Below, in pieces: positions 36,258 through 45,667 of a stretch of 64,000 nucleotides of DNA (position 1 is its first letter; every line of letters begins with the position of its first letter). Under the pieces are notes generated by a model, which ran no database searches, had not been told where the DNA came from, and saw only the letters and a list, made by a program, of their open reading frames with translations. Source of the DNA: Escherichia phage naam. A program made the translations under genes and the position numbers. The stretch lies in sequence record MN850630.1; one strand, written 5' to 3'.

Positions 36258-36851
36258 GTGTCATGTTGTGTCAGTTAGGTCACATTATGTCAGACAAGTT
36301 TTTCTCCTCTTTGTCAAGTGCTGCATGAAAAATTTACAAGCTTGTATGGTAGCATTTTTGCGGCCCTGTTTACATTCAGTGTTGTATGTATAATCCTTGT
36401 TGTGTGGGCGTTTAGACGTCTGGACGGTCAGAAGTCTGCAGGTTAATATCTAATCTATCGGCTGCTAACTATATCCCACACAAATAGTAAGAAATATAAT
36501 TGTTATGTGCGTAAACAGTAACCCATGTTATCAATCCCTGTATGTATCGCCAGTGGTGCGCATAATGGGTATTATGTTAAATTGCCCGTAATGATAACAG
36601 TTCTCACAATGATAGGTATTCTCATTCACCCCCACAAGATAGGTTGCAAATGTTGTGCCACTGTGTGAACGGCCTGGCCTATTAATTTGCCTCACTGCCT
36701 TGATATTTGAGAATTATTATAAGAATGAGAAGTATTCCCATTTCGTCCGCCTGGCAGCACTCCTGTAGGTCAGGTCAAAATCGTGGTAGAACTAGACCTA
36801 TCCGGATATTTCTGGCTGACTCTTCAGGTCTGTGTGGGAAAAGCCAACCTC

Positions 36852-36866
36852 TCCGGCGGGGCAGGG
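36852..36866 (+). repeat. 15-bp GC-rich direct repeat TCC(C)GGCGGGGCAGGG, copy 1
   Basis: Second copy at 36999..37015; CTCTTCAGG recurs at about 36820, 36904 and 37351. Confidence 0.5.
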
Positions 36867-37710
36867 GGAGGTCAATTAAAAAATTTACGTGGTGTATGAA
36901 GCGCTCTTCAGGTAAGGCAGGTATTATGGGATGAAACCCGCTTCAGGCAATGATATTTGTGGGTGTGATATTTGCTGGAAGGCCAGATATGACGGGACTC
37001 CCGGCGGGGCAGGGGTAGTACAGACAGGGAAAATATGGGGATGTAGTTGGGGAAATTGATCAGACAGGTAGAGTATGGAATATGTTACAGGTATGTTAAA
37101 TATGGAGGTTGAATATCTGTAGGATTTGTGTGTAAAATCAAAGACTTAAGGGGTGTTGTGGTATTTTCTATAAATAATTCAAGTTTAATAGGCAATATTT
37201 GTCTCTATCCGCTTTGTGTGGTAAACAGATTCAGATGAGATTGGTTTACAAGTGTATACATAATATACAAATTAAAGATACAAGAAACCCCCCTCCCCCT
37301 TCGGCTACCATTCACCTTTTCCTCTGACTGGTACTTAAACACTTATTCAGACTCTTCAGGTTATCACCCATATATCATATGGCAGTGACTGGTGTCCTCC
37401 GGCCCCTCTTTCGTCACCCGTCCGCTTCGCCATGCTAATGCCATAGCTAATGGTTCGGTTGTTCACCCTGTTCACTCAGGTGTATCTCTATACCCCTTCA
37501 AACCGAAGAGAACAGAAAACCCGAATTACTCGGTAAAAGAAAAGAGAAGAACTTAATTTTATCAGGATAGGCAAGAATGTCAAGGCATGACTGCTCACTA
37601 AACAAGCAAACAGTCATGTGTGGGAGGTAAGTGATTGTGGTGGTAGGAAATTTAGTTGAAAGATGTGTTATAGGTGCTTCCAGCACTTTAGCCGGGCAGC
37701 TAATTGTGTG

Positions 37711-37926
37711 TCAGTCCAGCGGTTCATCCTCTACTTCACTGAAATCAATGTTCATGGTCTCTTCCCAACCATCGATCTCAGCACAAGAGTGGAGTTCTTT
37801 AGGGTTTACTCCCAAAGCCTCAGCAACAGAGTCTATATTTAACACCTCTGGCAGGTATGATTCATCGAATTCAAGGTAAATCAGGCCACGAGTGTTGTCA
37901 GCTCCACCAAATATCTCTATCTTCAT
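37711..37926 (-). CDS. small acidic protein (MK[IV][EK] paralog family)
   Basis: MKIEIFGG N-terminus, acidic C-terminus; most downstream gene of the minus-strand block. Confidence 0.55.
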   Translation of the reverse strand: MKIEIFGGADNTRGLIYLEFDESYLPEVLNIDSVAEALGVNPKELHSCAEIDGWEETMNIDFSEVEDEPLD

Positions 37927-38047
37927 AAAATCTCCTCTGGGAATGAGAGTGTGAACAGGGTTTTATACGTTCCAATACGCTGGAATTATGCACGTTTGCC
38001 TCTTCAGGCCATGCTTTAGCATGAGGAACCTGTGTGGGCTCGGTGCT

Positions 38048-38260
38048 TCATAGTCTACCACCTCTGAACTCTTCGTGCTCAGGCATAATAGAGAACCAGA
38101 TATCTACGATGTCCTCCCACGTCAGGTCATCAGCCTCAGGATCTGTCTGGGACGAAGATGAAGAGTCCTCAGAATCTAAGTTTTCCTCTTTAACTGGCTC
38201 ATCCAAGGGACATATGGTCACTCCTTTGGATGTCTCTTCAGATGCATGTGTGTTGATCAT
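38048..38260 (-). CDS. highly acidic small protein
   Basis: 70 aa, strongly D/E/S-rich (DSEDSSSSSQTDPEADD). Confidence 0.5.
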   Translation of the reverse strand: MINTHASEETSKGVTICPLDEPVKEENLDSEDSSSSSQTDPEADDLTWEDIVDIWFSIMPEHEEFRGGRL

Positions 38261-38620
38261 GTCCCACCTGTGAGTATTCCGGCAACAGCCGCTATGGACG
38301 TAATGATCATCAGGATCACCACTAAAACTTCGGACAATGTTCTCATTGTGTATTCCATATTCTACAAACTATGTGTGGATACTATCACGAGAGCGGTAAT
38401 GTGTCAACAGAAACGCCGCGAGGGTTTGGTTAAAATCCGAGCGTATGGTGATTTGGGTCAAAACGGACGTGCGTTCTCGCTACGCTCGAAAGAGAGATTT
38501 GTTTGTAGGAAGCTCTTAAACGCTCTGTAATGAGATTATCTGTCCAAGGTATGCAATCGTGCACCAGATAAAGAAAAGGACGCCACAGAGCGTCCTAGGT
38601 GTCTTAAATTTGATATTTTG

Positions 38621-38932
38621 CTATACCCATGAGGGCTTATCAAGGTTGGAGTAGCTGAAAGGTGTCAAAAGGTGACTGTCAAAATCTCTCAAACTATCTA
38701 AATCTTTTTCCTCGTCCTGACACCATCTGTGCCTACATTTATTGTTGTAGTGCATAGAATGCATAGCGTTCTGCAATTTAACAGGCACAAGTGATTCAGG
38801 AGTAGATAGTATTGTTGGGTATGCCAGAACCACCTCAAACAGTGGAAACACATCGAAACTAAAGTCTACCTCTGCAGAGGTTGATGGCATGTAAGAGTAT
38901 TTAGCCGCCTTTGTAGACATAATCCACCTCAC
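38621..38932 (-). CDS. hypothetical protein
   Basis: 103 aa; ATGA coupling with the upstream gene. Confidence 0.5.
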   Translation of the reverse strand: MRWIMSTKAAKYSYMPSTSAEVDFSFDVFPLFEVVLAYPTILSTPESLVPVKLQNAMHSMHYNNKCRHRWCQDEEKDLDSLRDFDSHLLTPFSYSNLDKPSWV

Positions 38933-39255
38933 ACAGGTTTGATAATACCTTTACCGAATAACTCTTCGTATCTAATCTTATCCGGATCCCACTCCTGGAT
39001 AATTTCGAAGACAATATCCAACCCTGGGATAATCACTTCTCCAGTGTCGAGCTTAGCAAGAACAAAACCGGAAGGTTGAATGGTTTCCCAGTTGCGCCGA
39101 TTGGAATAGAAGACCTCGAAAATATCGCCGACCTTTATCTGTTGATCAAGATGTTCAAGATTCTCTTTCATATAGACGCAGCGGATTTTTCGTGCAGGCC
39201 ATAGACCACCTGCATCACGTTCATTTAGCTCTTTTACAGTAATCGGTATACCCAT
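38929..39255 (-). CDS. hypothetical protein
   Basis: 108 aa. Confidence 0.55.
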   Translation of the reverse strand: MGIPITVKELNERDAGGLWPARKIRCVYMKENLEHLDQQIKVGDIFEVFYSNRRNWETIQPSGFVLAKLDTGEVIIPGLDIVFEIIQEWDPDKIRYEELFGKGIIKPV

Positions 39256-39310
39256 CTCAAATCTCCTTCATAGATAGTAAAAAGAGGGGCCCAAGCCCCC
39301 CTCTTTGTCA

Positions 39311-39616
39311 TTATTCTACAGAGCGTTTGAACAGAATGTCTGCCTCAGACATGTGCTCAACCTCTTCTTCGATTTTAGCGCGACGTTTTTCAGCCTCATA
39401 GCGGATATCGAACTCGGTAGCCACCAGAGATTTGATGAATTTAGGAGAATACAGGTGATCCTGCTTCTCAACGAGAATGATATCCTTAATGGCATCTTTC
39501 AGATCTTTAATCTGAAGTTGGAGTTCCACCAGTTCTTCGATTGTTTTGCGAAGGCGATCACGCTCTGCAGTGTCAGAAGGAAGAGAGGTGAACAGTTCAA
39601 CTTTAGATTTAGCCAT
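39311..39616 (-). CDS. hypothetical coiled-coil protein
   Basis: AAGGAGAC RBS; 101 aa. Confidence 0.55.
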   Translation of the reverse strand: MAKSKVELFTSLPSDTAERDRLRKTIEELVELQLQIKDLKDAIKDIILVEKQDHLYSPKFIKSLVATEFDIRYEAEKRRAKIEEEVEHMSEADILFKRSVE

Positions 39617-39644
39617 AGTAAGAGTCTCCTTATGTTGTTTTAAA

Positions 39645-39896
39645 TTAGCGTTCTACAAAAATACCGTTCAGTTCAATAACCAGGAATTTCTGGTCTTCAC
39701 TATCGTCTCGTGCCAGCACCTCACAGACGTATCGGTCATCCCCATCATCATCGCAGTCAAATACAAGACTGAGGACTTTATCATTATAAACCTTCGCCAC
39801 TACCGCCTCGTAAGTATTGCCGATTGTGAATCCAAGATAATCTCCGATGCATTTGACAACAACATGGTCGCCAGCATTCAAGTCAATCTTCGTCAT
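39645..39896 (-). CDS. small acidic protein
   Basis: ATG after AAGGAG (track ORF 39645..39962); acidic DCDDDGDD stretch. Confidence 0.5.
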   Translation of the reverse strand: MTKIDLNAGDHVVVKCIGDYLGFTIGNTYEAVVAKVYNDKVLSLVFDCDDDGDDRYVCEVLARDDSEDQKFLVIELNGIFVER

Positions 39897-40051
39897 TACT
39901 GCGCTCCTTGGGTAATAATACTGTATGTAAAACTTTAACCAGAGATGTGAATAACGCCCCAAAACACACCGATAGCGCTAAAACAGACAAGGCCATCATC
40001 AAAGCTTCAGTAAAATCAGTCATTCCTCACCTCTTGTTAGTCACTATACTA

Positions 40052-40315
40052 TCATTTATCCTTGCCGTCAAGAACTTTTTTAAATCTTTCAGGGATATCC
40101 CCCGTTCTTAGATAGTTCATGACCTCACAAGGTTCCCACTTGAATTTCTTACAGAGCAGGGCGGCTGAGATTGTTTCATTGCGAAAAGAAAGGATATTAA
40201 TATCCCACTCTGAGAACCCCAACTTCCGAAGGGTAGCTACAGAAATCCTCACCGCAACCCAGCAGCAAAAACATGCAACAAACGCCACTGCTACAACCCA
40301 CATCAGGATGTTCAT
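40052..40315 (-). CDS. hypothetical membrane protein
   Basis: N-terminal helix ILMWVVAVAFVACFCCWVAV; 87 aa. Confidence 0.5.
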   Translation of the reverse strand: MNILMWVVAVAFVACFCCWVAVRISVATLRKLGFSEWDINILSFRNETISAALLCKKFKWEPCEVMNYLRTGDIPERFKKVLDGKDK

Positions 40316-40404
40316 ATAAGCACCTTACTGAAATACAAGACACAGTGTTAAGGTTACTGACCAGCAAATAATTAGCAGGACCATTGCAACCTTGGCAAGA
40401 TTTA

Positions 40405-40692
40405 TCATAGTGCCTCTAAGATTTCATATCCTTCAGGTCGAAATACAAGCCACTCCGTGGCTCCGTTTGGTCGATACGCTTTATACAGAACAACCTGATC
40501 TCGGCACATGCACATGGCTACATAGTTTTCATCCACACCTGCAGCCTGCATTGCATCTTCTTCTCCGGCAACTGCTTTGCTTACAACTTCCTTGGTAGGC
40601 AGGTGTGCGATCAGCTCGTCACCATCATTAATTCCAAAATGACTGAGTTCTCCATTGGTATCTTTAATCTTAATCTTAACCAGATCTTTCAT
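40405..40692 (-). CDS. small acidic protein (paralog family)
   Basis: MKDLVKIKIKD start; 95 aa. Confidence 0.55.
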   Translation of the reverse strand: MKDLVKIKIKDTNGELSHFGINDGDELIAHLPTKEVVSKAVAGEEDAMQAAGVDENYVAMCMCRDQVVLYKAYRPNGATEWLVFRPEGYEILEAL

Positions 40693-41021
40693 TAGTCTTT
40701 CTCCAGGTTCAAAGGTCCTAAGATTTCATATGCCAGATTAGAAGTTACCAGAGGGTCTTCTGCATCTTTAGTATTGTACCACCCGTGAATAACCAGAGTC
40801 CCACTTTGTTTCATATCCAACTGGAACTGTTCTGCAGTTTCCTCATCCATCTCTAAGATCTCCATGAGGTATTTGATGTTAGGAAGGTATGCAGCTGTTA
40901 CAGTTCCCTCTACCAAACCTTCGGGCCAACCTACATCCGGATGACAAGTAGGAACCAGATTAGTCAGCTTAATAGTGTACGCTTTTTCTGCACGAGCCTT
41001 CAGTAACGGGTCAATCTTCAT
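40692..41021 (-). CDS. small acidic protein
   Basis: 109 aa; coupled start. Confidence 0.55.
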   Translation of the reverse strand: MKIDPLLKARAEKAYTIKLTNLVPTCHPDVGWPEGLVEGTVTAAYLPNIKYLMEILEMDEETAEQFQLDMKQSGTLVIHGWYNTKDAEDPLVTSNLAYEILGPLNLEKD

Positions 41022-41371
41022 TATTCGTCCTCCTCTTCGGTGCCTGCTTCCAGTAATAAGTTAAGAATATCTTCTGCACAAGGTTCATAGAACTCTTGGC
41101 CTTCATTATCGATGATTTTGTAGTCATCTCCACGAATAATCAGGGGATCACTCTCAAAATTATCGAGACCTTTAACAACGACAACACGATCGATTGCCAT
41201 CATTGTAAGAACTTTATCGACATCTTCCTCTGCTACACCATACTGCAGCAGAATGTCTTTGGTAGGAGGAACAGCATCCACCACAACGCCGTTACCAAAA
41301 CCTTCTGGGAGTTTAGCTAAAATATCTTCCGGAACCACATTCACATCAAAACCGGTAATTTCTACTTTCAT
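41021..41371 (-). CDS. small acidic protein (paralog family)
   Basis: MKVEITGFD start; VVVVKGLDNFES core; acidic tail EEEDE. Confidence 0.55.
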   Translation of the reverse strand: MKVEITGFDVNVVPEDILAKLPEGFGNGVVVDAVPPTKDILLQYGVAEEDVDKVLTMMAIDRVVVVKGLDNFESDPLIIRGDDYKIIDNEGQEFYEPCAEDILNLLLEAGTEEEDE

Positions 41372-41632
41372 TTACAGCACCTCTTCGTCAACTACTTCAT
41401 AAAAATGGCCTGGGATTGCAATAGCGTTCTCACCTTCACCTACAAACACAGTTCCGTCAAGAATCAACATCATAAGAATTTCTGTAATATCCTCTTCCGG
41501 AACGTTGCCAAAACCTTTAATCAGCTCGTAGGTTGGAATATTTACCTCTAAGATGTCACCATCTTTAGAACGGAAATCAACACCGTCCTGAATCTCTGCC
41601 GTTTCAAGGTTTTTCAATTTAATCTTCATCAA
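41372..41632 (-). CDS. small acidic protein (paralog family)
   Basis: MMKIKLKNL start; ends VVDEEVL. Confidence 0.55.
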   Translation of the reverse strand: MMKIKLKNLETAEIQDGVDFRSKDGDILEVNIPTYELIKGFGNVPEEDITEILMMLILDGTVFVGEGENAIAIPGHFYEVVDEEVL

Positions 41633-41708
41633 TCGGTCTCCTGTCTTGTTAAGATGAAGGTATTATTTCACACAGGGTTGGCGTTGTCAACACCTGTGTG
41701 CAAGAAAA

Positions 41709-42104
41709 TTACTGAAACAGTGCGGATAAATTACCTTCTGGTGGGAACTTATCTGCCAAAAACGGTGTTAGCACAGTAGCCTTCTGAAGATCTGGGGTCC
41801 ACTCGTTGTTCAGAACATCCCAGTAGTACGCAATGTTGCTGTGTGGGTGCCGCATTACGAACTTTTTTCCTTCGTAGTCATCTGAAACCTCTACAGAAGA
41901 AATAACAACAGAATCTTCAAGGGTTTCTTCATAGAAAGATCCGCCTTCAAATTTCCAACGAGATGCAAGAGCCCCTGCCTTGAACGCTGCAGATAACGGA
42001 CTGTCGGCAAGAACATACATTTCTTGCACTCTGTCGCTGCGATCTTTGCTTCTTACGTTGTATACAGTATCTGAGCTATACTCAACACGGTATAGGCTTA
42101 CCAT
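41709..42104 (-). CDS. hypothetical protein (paralog of 43911..44309)
   Basis: Shares HP.S...YW......WTP with 43911..44309. Confidence 0.55.
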   Translation of the reverse strand: MVSLYRVEYSSDTVYNVRSKDRSDRVQEMYVLADSPLSAAFKAGALASRWKFEGGSFYEETLEDSVVISSVEVSDDYEGKKFVMRHPHSNIAYYWDVLNNEWTPDLQKATVLTPFLADKFPPEGNLSALFQ

Positions 42105-42436
42105 TACCGCACCTCCTCAATAACTTCCACATCTGAACCTACCACAAATGCAAAAGGACAGGTTTCATGAAAGACATCCGGATCGCCGCCAAGCTTGCTA
42201 ACAATCTCTCCACCACTAATAAACACAAGCTCACCGATATTCATCAGATTGCTGAAATAGTACCCATAATGATTAAAGAATGCAGCAGGGTCAGGTAGAC
42301 TAGTAGCCTCAAGCACTACATCAGTTGAGGTTACTTTCTTATCATAACCTCTCGCCTTTTGAGATGCAAGATCTGCAGAATCCTCAGGCGACCGGAGATG
42401 CACAGGAATTGTTTCACCAATAAAGCGTACTTTCAT
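42104..42436 (-). CDS. small acidic protein (paralog family)
   Basis: ATG (MKVRFIGE) after GGTGA, clear of the upstream gene (track ORF 42104..42463); ends VEVIEEVR. Confidence 0.5.
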   Translation of the reverse strand: MKVRFIGETIPVHLRSPEDSADLASQKARGYDKKVTSTDVVLEATSLPDPAAFFNHYGYYFSNLMNIGELVFISGGEIVSKLGGDPDVFHETCPFAFVVGSDVEVIEEVR

Positions 42437-42440
42437 ATTA

Positions 42441-42704
42441 TCACCCAACAACCATAGCTTCAAAAGGGGTCATGAACGAATAAACGGCATCATCATCTGC
42501 TTCAGGGAATGCTCCCAAAGACTTCATGTCTGAGCCCTTGACAAATACAAGGTTTTGATCAAAAGCTTCTTGAGGATCAATCCGATACATATTTCGTAGA
42601 ATATCGCCTACCTCCTCATCAAGAGGTGAGTATGCTGTGCACGTTTTTCCGATCAAGCTTTGAGAATCAGGGTATCCACCTGAAGTTTTAAAATAAACAA
42701 TCAT
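42441..42704 (-). CDS. small acidic protein (paralog family)
   Basis: LVFVKGSDMKSLGA core. Confidence 0.55.
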   Translation of the reverse strand: MIVYFKTSGGYPDSQSLIGKTCTAYSPLDEEVGDILRNMYRIDPQEAFDQNLVFVKGSDMKSLGAFPEADDDAVYSFMTPFEAMVVG

Positions 42705-42795
42705 ATAGTATCACCTCTGGTAAGAGATTGGGATTCCTTTCCCACAAATAATTACAAACCTTCCTTATCGAGGAAGTATGCTAATCCAAGCAGGA

Positions 42796-43065
42796 TTATT
42801 CCTCTACAATCTCATACACATCCGGAGTTACAATCAACTCTTCTCCGTTACCCGGTGCAACAAACACCACCATGCCTTCAGGTGTGTGCTTTTTAGCCAT
42901 CTCGATAACATCTTCTCGCAGAGCTGGCTCCATCAGATCAAAACCTTCACCCAGGGCATCACGAACCACCTTCATATAGTCAACTGGTTGTGCTTCGACA
43001 ATCATACCTTCAACCAGTTCACAGTTTTTGTCTGCCAGCTCAGTTTTGAATAATTTAATTTTCAT
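42796..43065 (-). CDS. small acidic protein (paralog family)
   Basis: MKIKLFKTE start; ends VYEIVEE. Confidence 0.55.
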   Translation of the reverse strand: MKIKLFKTELADKNCELVEGMIVEAQPVDYMKVVRDALGEGFDLMEPALREDVIEMAKKHTPEGMVVFVAPGNGEELIVTPDVYEIVEE

Positions 43066-43202
43066 TTAGAGGTCTCCTCAATTATTTGATATTAATAGCC
43101 GTAACCTAACACATTAACTACAACTGCGATTGCAAACATAATTTCAAAGCATGCAATCTCTACATTTGGGACTAATTTCTTGATCACACCCATTGTAGCA
43201 CC

Positions 43203-43520
43203 TCATTCTCTAAAGTCAATCTTTACTTTGCCTTTCCCCTTACCTTTCTTTCCACCGCATTTAGCCAGTTGACGTGCTGCAACATCTACCATACGGTCAG
43301 TTGCCTCGTAAGCATCACTGCCTTTAGCTTTGGCAATAACTTCTTTTCCAGAATTGTCAAAAATGAACGCCATAACTTCCTGGTGATCATTTTCAACTTT
43401 TACACTCACACGTGCATAGTTGGCAGAGGGATGCAAACGCTCCAGCTTAGACATTTTGTGGGAAATGAAAGACACCATACCTTCAGTGATTTCTACGTTG
43501 CCAGTGATTTCAATTTGCAT
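43203..43520 (-). CDS. hpf: ribosome hibernation promoting factor / RaiA-like protein
   Basis: MQIEITGNVEITEG...KLE...VKVE...AKGSDAYEATD...ARQLAK parallels E. coli HPF (MQLNITG.NVEIT...KLE...KVEK...AEGQDMYAAID...ARQLTK); 105 aa. Confidence 0.75.
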   Translation of the reverse strand: MQIEITGNVEITEGMVSFISHKMSKLERLHPSANYARVSVKVENDHQEVMAFIFDNSGKEVIAKAKGSDAYEATDRMVDVAARQLAKCGGKKGKGKGKVKIDFRE

Positions 43521-43567
43521 AACGTGTTCCTTTTAAAGAAGAGGGAACCAAACCCTCTTTGAAAACA

Positions 43568-43596
43568 ATGATACTAAATCTGAAGCGTTGTGTCAA
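43568..43596 (-). promoter_or_regulatory. sigma70-like promoter upstream of the hpf-like gene
   Basis: Minus strand TTGACA, 17-bp spacer, TATCAT; leader hairpin AAGAGGG...CCCTCTT before the RBS. Confidence 0.55.
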
Positions 43597-43602
43597 CAGT
43601 TT

Positions 43603-43893
43603 TTACAGATTGTTGTCGATAGTTTTTAAAATATCCACAGCAAGATCTGCCATTTTTCGAACATACTCTGCAAACTCAACAGGATCCTTGATCAAAGAAT
43701 TCACAGGGTCGTACCCTAGAGCGTTCAAAATGGCTGCAGCATCTACAACCTTCTCATCATTTGCGAAGATCTCTCCATCAAACTTGTAGGTCCATTTTGA
43801 GTCAATCTTGGCAGGGAATGATTGGTCAACGCTTGTTACACCATCCTTTTTAAACGCTCCGGTGTTATCAGTGTCTAGAACTAAATCCATCAT
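43603..43893 (-). CDS. hypothetical protein
   Basis: 96 aa. Confidence 0.55.
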   Translation of the reverse strand: MMDLVLDTDNTGAFKKDGVTSVDQSFPAKIDSKWTYKFDGEIFANDEKVVDAAAILNALGYDPVNSLIKDPVEFAEYVRKMADLAVDILKTIDNNL

Positions 43894-43910
43894 GTTAGTA
43901 CCTCACCGTT

Positions 43911-44309
43911 TCAGTTTAGCTTTTCTTCAACAACCCCATAGCTCGGGACAGAGTCAAGAGCTTTCTGGTTTAAAAGTGGTGTAGCAGAATCTGCAAACGG
44001 TGTCCAAGTTTTTGTTCTGGCATTCCAGTAATGCTTCACTCTGGAATCTGGATGCACTATAACAAAAACTTTTTCACTTGTCAACACATTAATTTCTTCT
44101 ACACCCTTGCTGATAATTTCTCCGTCATAGCCACCAGTCTGGTATCCTTCGTACCAGGTTCTTGCATATGCATAGCCAGCCTGCCAGCATGCAGCCTCCT
44201 CCGAGGTGGAGACTACGTAGAAGTCTTTCTCAAATTCTGGGATACGCCCTTGCTTTACGCTCCAAGCTCCGCGAATTTTCATTGTAACTTTGAACAGTTT
44301 ATTTTTCAC
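43911..44309 (-). CDS. hypothetical protein (paralog of 41709..42104)
   Basis: HPDSRVKHYWNARTKTWTP motif. Confidence 0.55.
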   Translation of the reverse strand: MKNKLFKVTMKIRGAWSVKQGRIPEFEKDFYVVSTSEEAACWQAGYAYARTWYEGYQTGGYDGEIISKGVEEINVLTSEKVFVIVHPDSRVKHYWNARTKTWTPFADSATPLLNQKALDSVPSYGVVEEKLN

Positions 44310-44321
44310 AACGGTTACCCA

Positions 44322-44576
44322 TCACAGCTCTACAATCTCTGCATCTGACCCTGCCCCAAAGGCATAATAGGATTCTTCCCCGAAATAATATTCCGGTGCA
44401 CCAGCAGCGATCAGGTCTGATCCCAAGATAAACACCACGTTGTGGCCTACATAACTGTGATGTTGCCGCACAGGATCATCCCACGGCAACCCTTCAAAGT
44501 ATACCGCAGGAACGACCTTTCCCTTCAGGAAGGATTGTCCCAAGTAGACGTTAGAATCAAGAATTTTAACCTTCAT
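44322..44576 (-). CDS. small acidic protein (paralog family)
   Basis: MKVKILDSNVYLGQ start; VFILGSDLIAAGA core. Confidence 0.55.
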   Translation of the reverse strand: MKVKILDSNVYLGQSFLKGKVVPAVYFEGLPWDDPVRQHHSYVGHNVVFILGSDLIAAGAPEYYFGEESYYAFGAGSDAEIVEL

Positions 44577-44793
44577 TCTCGTCCTCCACTATCTCTACAT
44601 CCTCACCAAGGGCAAAGTTGTAGGTCCACTGGCTGTCAAAGCAGTCCTGAGATGCACCAGCGGAAATAAGATCTGCACCTTTTATTTTTAAAAGGTCAGG
44701 ATAATCTTCGTTAGGGATAGCGGTAAACACTTTCCCCACTAAGGGCTCCTGACCAATATAGAAGCTTGAATCTAAAACTTTAACTTTCATCAA
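44566..44793 (-). CDS. small acidic protein (paralog family)
   Basis: MMKVKVLDSSFYIGQ start; LKIKGADLISAGA core; ends EIVEDENEG. Confidence 0.55.
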   Translation of the reverse strand: MMKVKVLDSSFYIGQEPLVGKVFTAIPNEDYPDLLKIKGADLISAGASQDCFDSQWTYNFALGEDVEIVEDENEG

Positions 44794-45077
44794 CGGTCTC
44801 CCTCAGGCGGTTGTGGGACGTAAACACTGTTACGAATATCGTCAGCAGTGTAGTAATAAGTGGTTCCAACCCTATCTCGGGCTGCAATGTACTCTGCTAT
44901 ACCAATAAGTGCCATTGATTTGGTGGCGTATCTTCCCCACTCGTTAGCTCCCCAGTAGAATTTAGACCAGTAGGGAATAATACCGAACAAATATACCTTT
45001 TGACGAACTTCCCAGTAAGTGCCTTTTCCGACAAGTTTAAACTCTACTTCACCACTGTTAATCTTTTTCATTATCAA
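44790..45077 (-). CDS. hypothetical protein
   Basis: 95 aa; ATGA coupling. Confidence 0.5.
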   Translation of the reverse strand: MIMKKINSGEVEFKLVGKGTYWEVRQKVYLFGIIPYWSKFYWGANEWGRYATKSMALIGIAEYIAARDRVGTTYYYTADDIRNSVYVPQPPEGDR

Positions 45078-45370
45078 TCTCCCTCTACCGTGGTCGGATT
45101 GTCAGTAAGAAATTGAGCATTGGCTGGAGGCACGCCTGACATTTTCCACACAACCATAAGTTTGTAACCAGGAACTCTATTAAGTGCAGATCGAGTAGAG
45201 TTTGTGCACGTATACTTTCGCTTTCCAAACCCGTTCTCCATCATAATCCAGTACCCAGTATCTTTGTCACCAGGTATCGGTAGACCACCTTCATCAACCC
45301 ACTGAATGGACCACGGCACGATGGCTACAGCTTTATATTTAAACTTTTTAAACCACTCAAAAAGTTTCAT
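45074..45370 (-). CDS. hypothetical protein
   Basis: 98 aa. Confidence 0.5.
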   Translation of the reverse strand: MKLFEWFKKFKYKAVAIVPWSIQWVDEGGLPIPGDKDTGYWIMMENGFGKRKYTCTNSTRSALNRVPGYKLMVVWKMSGVPPANAQFLTDNPTTVEGD

Positions 45371-45465
45371 AATTCAGCCTCGCATAGACATAATCACTAT
45401 AAACAGGCAAACAATGAATCCGAATGCCACGCCACCCATAAACGTTAATATTGATGCAATCATAG

Positions 45466-45651
45466 TCAATCAGCCTCGCTTGGCAACTCTTCTACCTTAA
45501 CATGCCGAAAAGTGTTACCGTAATGGTTGATCCATGACATCAGCTCGCTTTCTTGCTCTTCCTCTGGGATGAACTCTCGAATGCTGACAAGTTTTAAGAA
45601 AACCCAATCACAATCTGCACCCATTCTACCAGACAGGCAATAGTGCTTCAT
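45466..45651 (-). CDS. hypothetical protein
   Basis: ATG after GGCGGGGG (track ORF 45466..45726). Confidence 0.4.
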   Translation of the reverse strand: MKHYCLSGRMGADCDWVFLKLVSIREFIPEEEQESELMSWINHYGNTFRHVKVEELPSEAD

Positions 45652-45667
45652 AAAACCCCCGCCTGGT

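Larger units (their letters stand above)
35261..37710. other. 2.4-kb ORF-free, repeat-dense region between the convergent gene blocks (origin, packaging, terminus or ncRNA candidate)
   Basis: No ORF with an RBS; GTAAACAG occurs 5 times; 20-bp direct repeat at 35879 and 36140; GGCAACTAT inverted repeats; 15-bp GC-rich direct repeats at 36852 and 36999; no tRNA T-loop motifs. Confidence 0.6.

Noticed and set aside
36707-36934. 75-aa ORF in the non-coding region
   Set aside because: Low-complexity Arg/Gly-rich translation of a GC-rich repeat, with no RBS.
35261-37710. tRNA gene cluster in the large non-coding region
   Set aside because: No T-loop motifs (GGTTCGAATCC or variants) on either strand, and no cloverleaf-compatible acceptor stem and T-arm arrangement was evident by eye. 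No tRNA is called, though a tRNA scan would settle it.
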